A DNA stretch of 64,000 nt from an uncultured Candidatus Saccharibacteria bacterium (GTDB lineage: Bacteria > Patescibacteriota > Minisyncoccia > UBA6257 > 1-14-0-10-44-23), in assembly GCA_964549935.1 (NCBI GenBank), contig CAZJVT010000002.1, forward strand, positions 191,066 to 255,065, written 5' to 3'. Both the position numbers and the translations under genes were made by a program. Position 1 is the first letter of the stretch, and each line of letters begins with the position of its first letter. A model generated the notes under the pieces. It worked only from the letters and a program-made list of their open reading frames with translations, did no database searches and had not been told where the DNA came from. Positions 53,495 to 64,000 of this stretch are shown in pieces.

Positions 53495-55159
53495 CTACTG
53501 TACTACCACCGTAATCTTTTCGGGTGCACTTGGGACGGTGTGAACGTAAAATGGCCAGAGCTCAACCTTCCCGCCGGTAATACCCGGGATTGCAAATATA
53601 AGCGTATTGAGTTGATCGTCCGGCTTACCGGCGAGTTGCTGACTAACTGCTTCCGGCGTGACAATACGCGAGAGCGAAACATTGTATTTTGCAACTACGA
53701 GCATTTTACCGGAAGCCAAAGCAACTGCTTTTGGATTTAAGGCGCCGTAGGTAAGCGTCTCTGTGTCAACTTTAAAATCGGGACCAACCGCGGTCGTCAC
53801 CCTATCCTGTAACAAACTTTTTACATCCGCATCGCGGAAGGCAAGAATCGAGAGCTGTGCCTCCGTCACGACACCGACGGTCCCCGCCGCATCAGCAACC
53901 GACTCAATAGTTTGCTTTGTGACGGAAACTCGGCTGGCACCGGCAAGCACAGTAAAACCGGCTGGGACGCTCGATGAAACTTTAGTATTTAAAGAAGCTG
54001 TAATTGTGTCGGCGCTTTCTTTCTTGGCAGCTGCGACATCCTTATCGGTCGGCACAGAGGTCTCGCCACTGAACCCGCCACTCGCCCCCTCCTTAAGTTC
54101 ACCGTAAAAACCATCATATTTGGGAGTTTTGGCAAAACCGGGAATCGATAAGCGCGGCGTCGGCCCAACGTTACCGGCGACTCCCGGTTTATCGGCGGCG
54201 ACTGCCACCTCTATGCTCGAGGGGGTAATTTTGCCGTTCGTGATTTGCGCACCCGGGATTGTCAGTCCGGAAGTGATGCGAAAAATAACGCCACCCGGAG
54301 TCACGAAACGGGTGTTGGCAACGATTGTCTGCGGCTGTGAGCTGTAAGCATTATAGACAGTCATTGTCCCGGTTGCCTTTCGATTGACAAACTGCTTACC
54401 GCTAACCGGTACGCGCTTTGTTACAGAATCTTTAATGACAAAAACTTGCCCCGGCACCCGCGCGCCAATCGGATCAACTTTCGCGAGCGCCTTGTCGACG
54501 CTCACGTTCCCATCAAAATTCCATGTCTTCTTTTCGGTCACGACCGTAATAGTCGCCTTCGGTAAAACAGCGGCAGCGACATACCAGACAACGCCGATGC
54601 CAATGACCGCGGCAATGCTAACCCACAATAAAAGCCCGCGGTGTTTCTTCTTGGCAGGGCGCTGCGGCTCGCCACGACGAACACGTTCCGGTACCTCTCC
54701 CGGAAACACCGGCTCTGCTCCATCGCCATCCGGTACTTCTTCGGCCTCGCTCTCCTCATCCGGCTCAGGACGGGCAGCCTTCTTGGCGCGAGACGGACGG
54801 CGGGCTGCGGTCTCTTCATCGTCAACAACGGAAACTTTTACCGAACGCTTCCCTGCCGGTCGGCGCGTTTTAGCGACAGGCACGGCACCGTCATCCTGTG
54901 AAACAGCTGCCTCTAAAATACCGAGTCCTGCTTTAGCGGCTCGCTCCCGAATAGCTAGATCTGCAGTTTCTACGACAACTTCACGACGCAACAAACTGGC
55001 CTCTCGTTTAACAAGTTTGAAATTTGTAACCGTCTGCCCAAAAAGTGCTCCTGGTGCAATCGCAAAAACAACGCTGTCCCCTTCAGCATCAATAAGCTGC
55101 TCTACGACGGAGGCAACGTCATCACCGCGCTTTACGATAATTCGTTTTGGTTCTGCCAT
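53495..55159 (-). CDS. Single-TM protein with baseplate-J-like extracellular region
   Basis: N-terminal cytoplasmic domain (NFKLVKREA), disordered linker, TM, KATGTMTVYN...TRF...VAADKPG...GN...SGG. Confidence 0.7.
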   Translation of the reverse strand: MAEPKRIIVKRGDDVASVVEQLIDAEGDSVVFAIAPGALFGQTVTNFKLVKREASLLRREVVVETADLAIRERAAKAGLGILEAAVSQDDGAVPVAKTRRPAGKRSVKVSVVDDEETAARRPSRAKKAARPEPDEESEAEEVPDGDGAEPVFPGEVPERVRRGEPQRPAKKKHRGLLLWVSIAAVIGIGVVWYVAAAVLPKATITVVTEKKTWNFDGNVSVDKALAKVDPIGARVPGQVFVIKDSVTKRVPVSGKQFVNRKATGTMTVYNAYSSQPQTIVANTRFVTPGGVIFRITSGLTIPGAQITNGKITPSSIEVAVAADKPGVAGNVGPTPRLSIPGFAKTPKYDGFYGELKEGASGGFSGETSVPTDKDVAAAKKESADTITASLNTKVSSSVPAGFTVLAGASRVSVTKQTIESVADAAGTVGVVTEAQLSILAFRDADVKSLLQDRVTTAVGPDFKVDTETLTYGALNPKAVALASGKMLVVAKYNVSLSRIVTPEAVSQQLAGKPDDQLNTLIFAIPGITGGKVELWPFYVHTVPSAPEKITVVVQ

Positions 55160-55161
55160 GG

Positions 55162-56373
55162 CTATGAAAGTGTCCCGCTGATCCAACGAGCTCGCTGCTT
55201 TGCTGTTTTAGTAACCAACGCAACATGCAGTCCGGCGACCACCTGCACGGCAGTCGTAATCGCTGTATCGTATGAAGCGGCAAGACCGCCCCGCGGTACG
55301 TTCTTGTTATAGTGTACCACAGGAATTGCATCAGTGAGTACGATATACGGAGAAGTAATGCCGAGCGTTCGCATCAATTTATCTTGGCTTAATAGTGGCG
55401 GAAGCGGAACGACGCTGTGCAAATACACAGGCATATTTTTCTTTGTTCGCCGCGCTTCTATTGTATGCATCAGCACGGCAAACTCCGCGTGCAGTGCCTC
55501 TTCAATGGCATGCGCGACGACAGCCGAAACCTGCCGCATCGCATATCGATTTATGATTTCCGGAGCCGTCTCAATAGGAACTCCGAATTGCTTGGCGACA
55601 CTACCAAAAACTCCAGCCGTTCCCCAAAGCACAGTATCAATGAACGTGACAACGCCCTCGGCGACTGAATAAATTCCGGTTTGTACTGGCCCGACGTCGA
55701 GAAATAGCGCCGGCTCTTTTGCAATGAGAGCAGCCTGCCCAGCCCAAAATCCGGAACGCTCGACGACGGAGATAATCCGTTCCGGAGTCAGTACCCCGAC
55801 AACTTGCTGCCATGGCTCACTTCGTACAAAAGTTTCCCGCAGCAAGCAACTAATAACATGCGAACGAAAGCCAATAGGACTTATAACCTTGTGGTTATCG
55901 AGCTTGAGCTGCATCACATCGACGTCGGCAAGCTTCAATTGCGAATCCTGGACCTTCAAAAATCTGGCCGCGATGAGCCGGTCTTGCTGAAAAAGCTGCC
56001 ATACGCCATGGCGTACGGCGTTCTCGAGTTCCGGCATGGTAATCTCCGCATTCCAGTCAGCACGCTGCAGCGAAACAATCCCCTGCATCAGCACGGCTTC
56101 GTGAGTATCAAAAATAACAATCGCTTGGGATTCTTCCGGAATATCAAGTGCTTCAATGAGTGCTTCTACGACTTGCGCATATGCCCCTGCGCTGAAACGA
56201 GCCGGAGCGGACATTATTTTTGTCCGTTCGACCGAGCAGGTGCTGTCGCTGGCAACACCCACTAACGTAACGCGGGCAAACTCTGCGTAAAGCTCAAAAA
56301 CTGCGTAACGCGAATGAGAAGAACCTTGATCTTCTTTTTCCTTTGATTCTTTTTTCTCTTCCTTTGTAGACAT
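55162..56373 (-). CDS. Divergent FtsA/actin-like protein
   Basis: LFLDVGPVQTGI...WGTAGV...AKQFGV...E (actin-like second lobe); LDNHKVISPIGF. The family call is inference. Confidence 0.55.
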   Translation of the reverse strand: MSTKEEKKESKEKEDQGSSHSRYAVFELYAEFARVTLVGVASDSTCSVERTKIMSAPARFSAGAYAQVVEALIEALDIPEESQAIVIFDTHEAVLMQGIVSLQRADWNAEITMPELENAVRHGVWQLFQQDRLIAARFLKVQDSQLKLADVDVMQLKLDNHKVISPIGFRSHVISCLLRETFVRSEPWQQVVGVLTPERIISVVERSGFWAGQAALIAKEPALFLDVGPVQTGIYSVAEGVVTFIDTVLWGTAGVFGSVAKQFGVPIETAPEIINRYAMRQVSAVVAHAIEEALHAEFAVLMHTIEARRTKKNMPVYLHSVVPLPPLLSQDKLMRTLGITSPYIVLTDAIPVVHYNKNVPRGGLAASYDTAITTAVQVVAGLHVALVTKTAKQRARWISGTLS

Positions 56374-56441
56374 AAGCGTTCGCCTTTGCGGTATAACACC
56401 AACGAGCATATACTATCTCTATCAACAATACACCTTTACCT

Positions 56442-58406
56442 ATGCTTCTTAAAATATCACGCTTCTGCCTCATCGCCTCGCTTGCAGCCGTCCTGCTCGT
56501 AAACAAATCATTCTTTTTCCCGTTCATTACCGGCAAACAGGTTTTCTTCCGCTTCTGGGTTGAGCTTGCACTCGCCTTTTTTATTTTCCATCTCATTCGA
56601 GCTCTCCTCGCGAAACACCAATCTCATGCCCGTGAAACCTTAAAGGCAATAAGTAGACACCTCAAACACCCAATTGTGATTTGTTTGGCGATTCTTGGTA
56701 TCGCGCTCATTATCAGCGCGGTATTTAGCCCGACACCGAGCATGGCCTTCTGGTCAAACTATGAACGTGGCGATGGAACATTCCAGATTTTGCACTACAT
56801 ACTATTTGCAATCTTGCTCAAGCTACTCTTCGTTGACGACAAAAAATGGCACCAGCTCCTTGCCGCAAACATCATCATCAGCATCCCGGTGTGTTTTTAC
56901 GCCTTTGGCCAAATGTTCTCTAGCCCAAACTCGACAACGTTTGTCGCCGCCGGCAGCCGCGTGTCCGGCACGCTCGGCAACCCCTCCTACCTGGCCGCTT
57001 ACCTGATTTTCAATCTCGCTTTTATAACCTACTTCCTCCTGAAATCAAAAGACTCCTTCGTACGCCTGGGGTTGATTATGCTTGGCGCGGTACAAATTTT
57101 CCTAATGATCAAAGCTCAAACGCTTGGTGCCGCACTTGGAGTTTTCGTGGGTCTCGTCGTCTTCGCCGTACACCTCACATTCACGACTGATAATAAAAAA
57201 ATCTACAAAGCAGGACTTGCGGTCGGTGGTTTTGTTTTAGGACTTTCGCTACTGTTTATCGGGACCAGACAGTTTTCTTTCTGGCAACACATCCCCCTCT
57301 TCAACCGCATCACGGATATTAGCAAGGCATATGAAAACATCCAGCCACGCCTTTGGACGTGGAGCTCAGCGGTAAGCGGCGTTGCCGACCGGCCGCTGAC
57401 CGGCTGGGGTCCGGAAAATTTTGCAATCCCTTTTGACAGGCACTATGACCCGCTGCACTACGGGCAAGAGTCATTCTTCGATCGTACACACAACGTCTTT
57501 CTGCAATACCTCATCGACGGAGGCGTCCTTGCCTTCATCCCTTGGCTACTACTTTTCTATTTTTACTACCGTGGACTTCGTAAACGCGAGGCTTCAATAT
57601 GGAAAAGCGTGCTTATTGCTTTACCGGTTATGTACTTAGTCCAGGGCTTCTTCCTCTTTGACGTGCTGGCTATCTATCTTCCATTTTTTGTTCTGTTACT
57701 ATTCGCCATAAACACTAATCCCCCGCCAGATGACCGCCCGGCGCTTCCGGAGACACTACACGATATAACTCCTTTCTCCTACGTACTCATTGCGGCAACC
57801 GGCGTTGTCTTTTGCGTGCTCATCTACAAAACGGCCTATGCTCCCCTGCACCGCAACCGAATGATTATTGGCGCGCTCAACGATGGAGGCCAGCTCATTG
57901 CTGAACTGACAACCAAACACGAGGGCGGATTAAGCAAATCGCCTTCTGATGTATTTAACGAGCTGCATGCCGCTATTGAATATCCGTCACCAATCGGTCG
58001 CGGCGAGGCTGTCGAAATGTATCAAAAGTTCGCAGTTGATTTTCTCGGCTTGATGGCACAGGTTCCTGACGCTGCAAAAAATAAAAATATCCGAAACGAT
58101 GTTGCGACCATCATGACTGACCTCAATGCGACGATGGACAATAACGCGGGGCTAGTACCCGGCGTTAAAGATCGTTACGTTAATGCAACAGTTAATATTC
58201 GCGCTGGCGCTATTTTCAACATACCGGAATATATTCAGCGCGGCAGGAAAATGATCGAAGACGATCTTGCGGCGGCACCGAAGCGAATCGAACTAGTGAA
58301 AGTCCTGCTTGATCTTGGCGCGGCGACCAACGACAAGGCTCTTCTGGCAACATGGCAACCGGTTGCGGCGCAGCTTCGCCCGGACCTGTTCCGCGCAACG
58401 AAGTAG
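56442..58406 (+). CDS. O-antigen ligase/Wzy_C-family membrane protein
   Basis: FPFITGK, FWSNYERGDG, RVSGTLGNP, RPLTGWGPENF, DRTHN. Confidence 0.85.
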   Translation: MLLKISRFCLIASLAAVLLVNKSFFFPFITGKQVFFRFWVELALAFFIFHLIRALLAKHQSHARETLKAISRHLKHPIVICLAILGIALIISAVFSPTPSMAFWSNYERGDGTFQILHYILFAILLKLLFVDDKKWHQLLAANIIISIPVCFYAFGQMFSSPNSTTFVAAGSRVSGTLGNPSYLAAYLIFNLAFITYFLLKSKDSFVRLGLIMLGAVQIFLMIKAQTLGAALGVFVGLVVFAVHLTFTTDNKKIYKAGLAVGGFVLGLSLLFIGTRQFSFWQHIPLFNRITDISKAYENIQPRLWTWSSAVSGVADRPLTGWGPENFAIPFDRHYDPLHYGQESFFDRTHNVFLQYLIDGGVLAFIPWLLLFYFYYRGLRKREASIWKSVLIALPVMYLVQGFFLFDVLAIYLPFFVLLLFAINTNPPPDDRPALPETLHDITPFSYVLIAATGVVFCVLIYKTAYAPLHRNRMIIGALNDGGQLIAELTTKHEGGLSKSPSDVFNELHAAIEYPSPIGRGEAVEMYQKFAVDFLGLMAQVPDAAKNKNIRNDVATIMTDLNATMDNNAGLVPGVKDRYVNATVNIRAGAIFNIPEYIQRGRKMIEDDLAAAPKRIELVKVLLDLGAATNDKALLATWQPVAAQLRPDLFRATK

Positions 58407-58417
58407 CCACTCGAGAA

Positions 58418-59218
58418 CTAAATAATCCAGCGGGAAAACATTGCTATAACCACCGCGGTCGCAAGAACAACAATAACGCTGTACCGCAAAAACGGACCTC
58501 GAAGCGTCCCGTGCAGATACTGCTCACTGGCCGAAGTTCCAATGACAGCGATCAAAGCAAGGATAGCTGCTACGTAGCCTACTGAAATCGGTAAAAGCCT
58601 TAAGGCCCAGGCCACTTCCACGAATTGCGTCGCAATAAGTGCGCTTGCAAATCGGACCAGCTTTTTATCGGCTTCGCCGTGCATCTTAAAGTATTCGGTT
58701 GAAAGCAAATACAAAAGTACGGCACCGATTATTGTCGCGCGAATTGGATGCGCACCGGATTGCCCGGCGACGAATAAGAGGCTAATCCCCCACACTAAGC
58801 CGGCGTGCAGCCCTTGGTACCAGCGGGAAACTTTTGCGACCAAGTTTTGCGCGACACATAAAAAGATGTAGCAAAGCACGGCAAAGATAAGCGCAAACAA
58901 GTGCTCCGGCAGGACGTGGTGTGGCGCCCAATGAGGTGTGACCAGGGTGAATCGAGACGGCATCAGTAAACCCAGCGATACAAGTGTTGTCCAGGCAATC
59001 GGCCCAACGAATGGCCGGGAAACCGGCGTGAAGAAAACGTAGATTGACCAAGATACAAAGAGTAGCAGCGAAAAAACAGAAAACGCCTGCGCCTGCACAT
59101 TAAGCAGTAGCAATCCGAAGGCCAGCGTCTTAATGCCGGCTCGCACCGGCGGACGACGCAAAAAAGTACGCAGCGGCAACGTCGCAGTAATAAATCTCTG
59201 TATCCGGGCCTGCCACAT
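58418..59218 (-). CDS. Hypothetical integral membrane protein
   Basis: Multiple TM helices; EVAWALRLLP. Confidence 0.7.
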   Translation of the reverse strand: MWQARIQRFITATLPLRTFLRRPPVRAGIKTLAFGLLLLNVQAQAFSVFSLLLFVSWSIYVFFTPVSRPFVGPIAWTTLVSLGLLMPSRFTLVTPHWAPHHVLPEHLFALIFAVLCYIFLCVAQNLVAKVSRWYQGLHAGLVWGISLLFVAGQSGAHPIRATIIGAVLLYLLSTEYFKMHGEADKKLVRFASALIATQFVEVAWALRLLPISVGYVAAILALIAVIGTSASEQYLHGTLRGPFLRYSVIVVLATAVVIAMFSRWII

Positions 59219-59224
59219 ACTCGC

Positions 59225-61921
59225 CTAAGCGACGCTGATCACCGGCTTGGCGTTACTAAATGCGATCTTCACCTTGTCTCCGTCTTTAATCTGACCGCGA
59301 ATCATTTTATCGGCCATGGCGTCTAAGATTGTTTTTTGAATCAACCGAGCAATCGGGCGTGCACCAAAGTCCGGATCAAATCCGTGTTCGACGATGTAAT
59401 CGCGGGCCGAGGCGTCGATAGCGACGTTGATACTGCGCTTCGCAAGCTTTTCTTTAATCAAAGCGAGCTGGATGTCGACGATTTTTTCGATATCCGTGCG
59501 GCGCAGACCGTTAAAGACGATGATTTCGTCAATGCGGTTTAAGAACTCCGGTTTAAAGCTGCTCTTGAGAGAGTCCTTCACGCGGTCCTTGAAACTCTCC
59601 TCTTGGCGGTCTATTTCTTTTTTCGCGCTCGTGCTAAAACCAAGCGTCGCCATATCCTTGAAGTAGTGGCTGCCGACGTTGCTCGTCAGAATAATGATCG
59701 TGTTCTTGAAGTTAACCGTTTTGCCGTGCGCATCAGTGAGACGACCATTGTCTAAGATTTGCAGCAATACATTGAACACCTCCGGGTGCGCCTTTTCAAT
59801 CTCATCAAACAGGATGAGGCTATACGGACGATGACGGATTGTTTCAGTGAGCTGTCCTCCCTCTTCGAAGCCGACGTAGCCCGGCGGGCTGCCAATAAGA
59901 CGGGAGACCGCGTGCTTTTCCATATACTCGCTCATATCCACGCGCACAATTGCCTTCTCGTCGTTAAACATCAAGCCGGCGAGACTACGGGCAAGCTCGG
60001 TTTTACCAACACCGGTCGGACCAAGGAACATAAAGCTGCCCAGCGGTCTGTCTTCGTGCGCAAGTCCAGCACGGGCGCGACGCAAAGCACCGGCAACGGC
60101 GGTAACCGCTTCGTCCTGGCCGACAACACGCTGATGCAACACCTCTTCAAGCTTAAGCATCTTCTCGGTATCACTTTCAAGCATCTTGGTAATCGGAATA
60201 CCGGTCCAGCGCGCAACGACGGCGGCGATGTCCTCTTCGTCGACGACCTCTTTAACAAAGGTCTCACCACTCACGCGCTTTTTCTTTTTTACATCAGCAT
60301 CCTCGCTGAAGTGCTTGTTTTCAAACGCCTTATACTCCTTTTCAGACTGCGGAAGCTCGCCATACAAAATCTGAGCAACGCGCTCCAGGTCTCCTCCGCG
60401 CTCCGCCTTCTCGGCTTCTTTCTTGAGCTGATCAATCCGCTTACGAAGATTGTGAAAGTTTTCAAGCGTCATCGTCTCGGCGCGCCACGAACCGGAGAGG
60501 TCGTCGTTACGCAACTTGAGCTTAGTAAGCTCGGTCTCAATCTCGGCTAAGCGCTTTTCCGGGCCGGTTGCCTTAACCGCCTTACTCTTGCGCTTCGTCG
60601 GTGTCACCTCGTTTGTTAATGCCTTTTTCTCGATTTCCAGACGCGTAATTTCGCGGCGAATCTTTTCTATTTCCGCCGGTGTACTCTCGGTCTCCATCTT
60701 TAAAGCCGCAGCCGCCTCGTCGATTAAATCAACGGCCTTGTCGGGTAGAAAGCGGTCGGTAATGTAGCGAGTCGACAAATTAACTGCAGCCACAATCGCC
60801 CGGTCGCTGATACGCAGCCCGTGGTGAATCTCATACTTTTCTTTGAGGCCGCGCAAAATCGAGATTGAATCCTCGATAGACGGCTCCTCTACCATAATCG
60901 GTGCAAAGCGGCGCTCAAGCGCTGAATCTTTTTCGATGTGCCGCTGATACTCACGAATCGTGGTCGCACCAATCGCGTGCAACTCACCGCGCGCCAAAGC
61001 CGGCTTTAAAAGATTCGAAGCATCGATAGCACCTTCGGCGGCACCGGCGCCGACAATCATATGAATCTCGTCGATAAACAAAATAATGCGGCCGGCGGAG
61101 TTTTGAACCTCCTTAATAAACGCTTTCAAGCGGTCTTCGAACTCGCCGCGGAACTTTGTGCCGGCGATCAGGCTACCCAAGTCGAGCGAAAGCACCTCCT
61201 TGCCTTTCAAAGTCTCCGGAACCTCTCCGGCGATAATCTTTTGCGCGAGGCCTTCAACGATGGCTGTTTTACCAACACCCGGTTCACCGATTAAGACCGG
61301 ATTATTCTTTGTGCGACGCGAAAGCACCTGAATCACGCGGCGCAGCTCCTCTTCGCGGCCGATAACCGGGTCGAGCTTCCCCTCCTTCGCCTTGGTTGTT
61401 AAATTCACGGCGTACTTTTCTAAAACCTGGAACTTACTCTCTGGTGTTTCATCCGTAACCCGCGTGCTGCCGCGTAGCTGTGCGAGGATTTTGATAAGCG
61501 CATCACGACGAACCCCGGCGCGCTCCAAAATAGCGCGGGCAGTCGTATCAACCTCCAACATCGCGAGTAACAAATGTTCACAAGAGACGAACTCGTCCTT
61601 CTGCGTGGCGGCAATTTTAGCGGCCTTCTCCAAAAGTCCCATCAGCTCCTGACTTAAGTAAAGCTGTCCGACGCCGCTGCCAAAAATCTTCGGCATCTCC
61701 TGCAACATCCGACGAACCTCGGCATCCAGCGCCTGGACATCGATGCCGGTTTTTTCAAGCATCGGGACAACCAGCGACTGCTGATCGTTTATCAGCGAAA
61801 CAAGTAAATGGATAGCCTTAAACTCACCGTGGTTATAGCTCCCGGCGAGTTCCTGGGCATTCTGAAGCGCCTCCTGCGCCTTTACAGTAAATCGATTGAA
61901 ATTCTTGTTATTCATTGCCAT
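59225..61921 (-). CDS. clpB: ATP-dependent chaperone ClpB
   Basis: Clp N domain, two AAA modules ([16 protein letters not shown]) and a long M-domain coiled coil. Confidence 0.93.
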   Translation of the reverse strand: MAMNNKNFNRFTVKAQEALQNAQELAGSYNHGEFKAIHLLVSLINDQQSLVVPMLEKTGIDVQALDAEVRRMLQEMPKIFGSGVGQLYLSQELMGLLEKAAKIAATQKDEFVSCEHLLLAMLEVDTTARAILERAGVRRDALIKILAQLRGSTRVTDETPESKFQVLEKYAVNLTTKAKEGKLDPVIGREEELRRVIQVLSRRTKNNPVLIGEPGVGKTAIVEGLAQKIIAGEVPETLKGKEVLSLDLGSLIAGTKFRGEFEDRLKAFIKEVQNSAGRIILFIDEIHMIVGAGAAEGAIDASNLLKPALARGELHAIGATTIREYQRHIEKDSALERRFAPIMVEEPSIEDSISILRGLKEKYEIHHGLRISDRAIVAAVNLSTRYITDRFLPDKAVDLIDEAAAALKMETESTPAEIEKIRREITRLEIEKKALTNEVTPTKRKSKAVKATGPEKRLAEIETELTKLKLRNDDLSGSWRAETMTLENFHNLRKRIDQLKKEAEKAERGGDLERVAQILYGELPQSEKEYKAFENKHFSEDADVKKKKRVSGETFVKEVVDEEDIAAVVARWTGIPITKMLESDTEKMLKLEEVLHQRVVGQDEAVTAVAGALRRARAGLAHEDRPLGSFMFLGPTGVGKTELARSLAGLMFNDEKAIVRVDMSEYMEKHAVSRLIGSPPGYVGFEEGGQLTETIRHRPYSLILFDEIEKAHPEVFNVLLQILDNGRLTDAHGKTVNFKNTIIILTSNVGSHYFKDMATLGFSTSAKKEIDRQEESFKDRVKDSLKSSFKPEFLNRIDEIIVFNGLRRTDIEKIVDIQLALIKEKLAKRSINVAIDASARDYIVEHGFDPDFGARPIARLIQKTILDAMADKMIRGQIKDGDKVKIAFSNAKPVISVA

Positions 61922-62013
61922 ATAGTGAGATTATACCATCCGTGTCAATAGTTTCTGCCGCGGGCACGCCACCGAATGATGGCGCGCCCGCAACAGTTGC
62001 GGCGGAGGTCGGA

Positions 62014-62337
62014 CTACAGTTCCTCGATGGCCAAGATGATCCGGGCGATCACCTCTTCTTTCGTGACCTCTCGAGTCCGCCCGTGCTGCCTGTGTGACTT
62101 CAGGGCAACGTGACCGTTGAATCCCGGGAAGTCGAGAACGCCTGCCGCACCCTCGAACATCCGAAGCTTCGGGCTTTCAGCAATCCTGAGTGCGGTCTGT
62201 CCGTCCTTGCAGACCAGGCCGATATCCAGGATGTTGCCGGCGATGATCTGGGCGGAAAGCACGACATCGTACCCTTGCTCACTGATCAGTCGCAGATACT
62301 GCTGCCAGCTAGGCTGGCTTCTTTTCACGACCTTCAT
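62014..62337 (-). CDS. Hypothetical protein (GC-rich solo cassette)
   Basis: 107 aa; AAGGAGGT SD; TGGACA-17-TAATAT promoter; downstream hairpins. Confidence 0.62.
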   Translation of the reverse strand: MKVVKRSQPSWQQYLRLISEQGYDVVLSAQIIAGNILDIGLVCKDGQTALRIAESPKLRMFEGAAGVLDFPGFNGHVALKSHRQHGRTREVTKEEVIARIILAIEEL

Positions 62338-62394
62338 TGCGCACCTCCTTGTGCCGCGTTATATTAACACAGGAAACTGTTTTTGTCCAGAGCG

Positions 62395-63606
62395 TTACTT
62401 CCTCTCTTCTAACACAACGTTCAGGCTCAAGACTCTATCTCCTCGCTGCACAGTCAACGCTACCTTATCTCCGACGTTGTAGCGCTGGATTAGTGACACG
62501 AGCGAGTGACTACTATCAATTTTGACACCGTTTACATGTGTTATGACGTCTTCAGCGAGCACCCCCGCTTTGTCCGCCGGGGAACCCTTGATAACCGCCG
62601 GTCCACTCTCGTCACCGCGGATCAAGGCACCTTCCGTGACTTTGATATTGTCGCGCTTAGCGATTTCCTCGGTGAGCAGTATGTAGTGAACTCCAAGATA
62701 CGAAGCAGTTATCTTGCCACTCATCTTCACGGAGTTGATATCGCGCTTCACATTATTAATCGGCAGCGCAAACCCGATACTGTTAGCCCCGGAAACGACG
62801 GCGCTGTTAATACCGATGACCTCTCCGCGCAGATTGACGAGCGGACCGCCCGAATTGCCCGGATTGATAGCGGCATCAGTTTGAATAACGCCTTCTAAGT
62901 CCTCGCTGACGGCGTTGCCACCGGATGCGGTGATGTTACGCGCAAGACCGGAGACTATGCCAACCGAAACCGTATTACGGAACTCACCAAGCGCGTTACC
63001 GATTGCGATAACGGTCTGTCCGAGCCGAATTCCGTCAGAATCAGCGAGCGGGAGTGTCGGGAAGCTGCTCCCTTCTATCTTAATGATGGCTAAATCCTGA
63101 AGCGGGTCACGCGCTAAAACTTTTGCTTTGTATTTTTTCCCATCATTCGTAAAGACGGTGTAGCTCGCATCCTTGTCTGAAACGACATGCTTATTAGTTA
63201 CAATCATACCGTCGGCTGAAACGATAAAGCCGGAGCCACCCCCAATATCCTGCATCTTAGTCCCCTTTTGGCAGGGCTGATTGAACTGGAAGTTATCACC
63301 GCCAAAAAACTGCTGAAACTCCGGCGGTAAATTTGCGAACGGGTTAACCGGACAGTTTTCGATAACCGGAACATTTTTGCTGATCGTAATAGAAACAATC
63401 GCCGGCGAGACCTTATCAACGGTATCGATAATCGCCTGCTCGTATCCGACTTGAGACTGATACTTGGCAACCGCCTGGGTACTTGTAGCGGTCTGGCTAC
63501 CGCTCAAAAACTGCGCCCCGCGATTACCCTGCTGCGTTAGAATAACTCCACCAAAAACAATGAGTGCAATCGCCGCGAAAATATACGAAAAATGTATTTT
63601 TTTCAT
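62395..63606 (-). CDS. htrA: HtrA/DegP serine protease with one PDZ domain
   Basis: TNKHVV, DLAII, QTDAAINPGNSGGPL, PDZ. Confidence 0.93.
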   Translation of the reverse strand: MKKIHFSYIFAAIALIVFGGVILTQQGNRGAQFLSGSQTATSTQAVAKYQSQVGYEQAIIDTVDKVSPAIVSITISKNVPVIENCPVNPFANLPPEFQQFFGGDNFQFNQPCQKGTKMQDIGGGSGFIVSADGMIVTNKHVVSDKDASYTVFTNDGKKYKAKVLARDPLQDLAIIKIEGSSFPTLPLADSDGIRLGQTVIAIGNALGEFRNTVSVGIVSGLARNITASGGNAVSEDLEGVIQTDAAINPGNSGGPLVNLRGEVIGINSAVVSGANSIGFALPINNVKRDINSVKMSGKITASYLGVHYILLTEEIAKRDNIKVTEGALIRGDESGPAVIKGSPADKAGVLAEDVITHVNGVKIDSSHSLVSLIQRYNVGDKVALTVQRGDRVLSLNVVLEERK

Positions 63607-63747
63607 CCCAACAGAAATAAAAAATGTTTATAATGTTTTATTTACAAGCAAACCCTCGCGATAGACAAAACCCTGCAACATGAGAAAGGACCCATTTCTA
63701 ACGGGCAAGTAGTTTTTGTATCTATAGTATACAACCGAAGCCAAAAA

Positions 63748-64000
63748 TTATTTCAAGCCTTGTTTCTTGATTTCGCTAAGCACCTTCAGCGTCGCAGCAA
63801 TCTCGGCTTTGGTGGTCATTCTGCCTAAGCTAAACCGCAAACTGTTTTTTGCGCGCACGGTGTCGCAACCCATAGCCGAGAGCACGTGTGAAGGATCAAT
63901 GGAGCGAGCCGCGCAGGCCGAGCCTGAGGAAACCGCGATGCCTTGTAAATCAAGCGCGACGATAAGCTGCTCGCCGGAAACGCCCGGGAAGTAAACATTC
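63748..64000 (-). CDS. Cysteine desulfurase (IscS/NifS type), C-terminal part only
   Basis: Translated by hand: GIAVSSGSACAARSIDPSHVLSAMG...SLRFSLGRMTT...KQGLK*. Confidence 0.9.
   Translation of the reverse strand, partial: NVYFPGVSGEQLIVALDLQGIAVSSGSACAARSIDPSHVLSAMGCDTVRAKNSLRFSLGRMTTKAEIAATLKVLSEIKKQGLK

Overview
64 kb of a bacterial chromosome, most consistent with Patescibacteria/CPR (Parcubacteria-like). Support for that call: VirB2-like pilin array, short IF2, RpoA without alphaCTD, ValS without the C-terminal coiled coil, tRNA-Arg(GCG), and pervasive apparently leaderless genes. Core genes include gyrA (partial), a Xer-type recombinase, rmuC, gpmI, rny, hup, infB, rbfA, valS, tsaD, the infA-rpmJ-rpsM-rpsK-rpsD-rpoA-rplQ-rplM-rpsI cluster, clpB, htrA and a partial cysteine desulfurase. 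There are also six tRNAs, a CsoR/CopA copper locus and surface/pilus genes. The most notable unexplained signal is a ~150-165 nt structured element found twice, directly 3' of two unrelated tRNAs (Leu-TAG and Arg-GCG). It has near-invariant core blocks, two hairpins whose stems differ completely but still pair, an antisense copy of its own host tRNA's T-arm, and a downstream direct copy of the tRNA 3' end. Also notable: a ~240 nt orphan structured RNA with its own promoter; six dispersed GC-rich cassettes with strong Shine-Dalgarno sites; and several REP-like and 7-nt-period repeat families, some inside coding frames. All calls were made by eye and no database searches were run.
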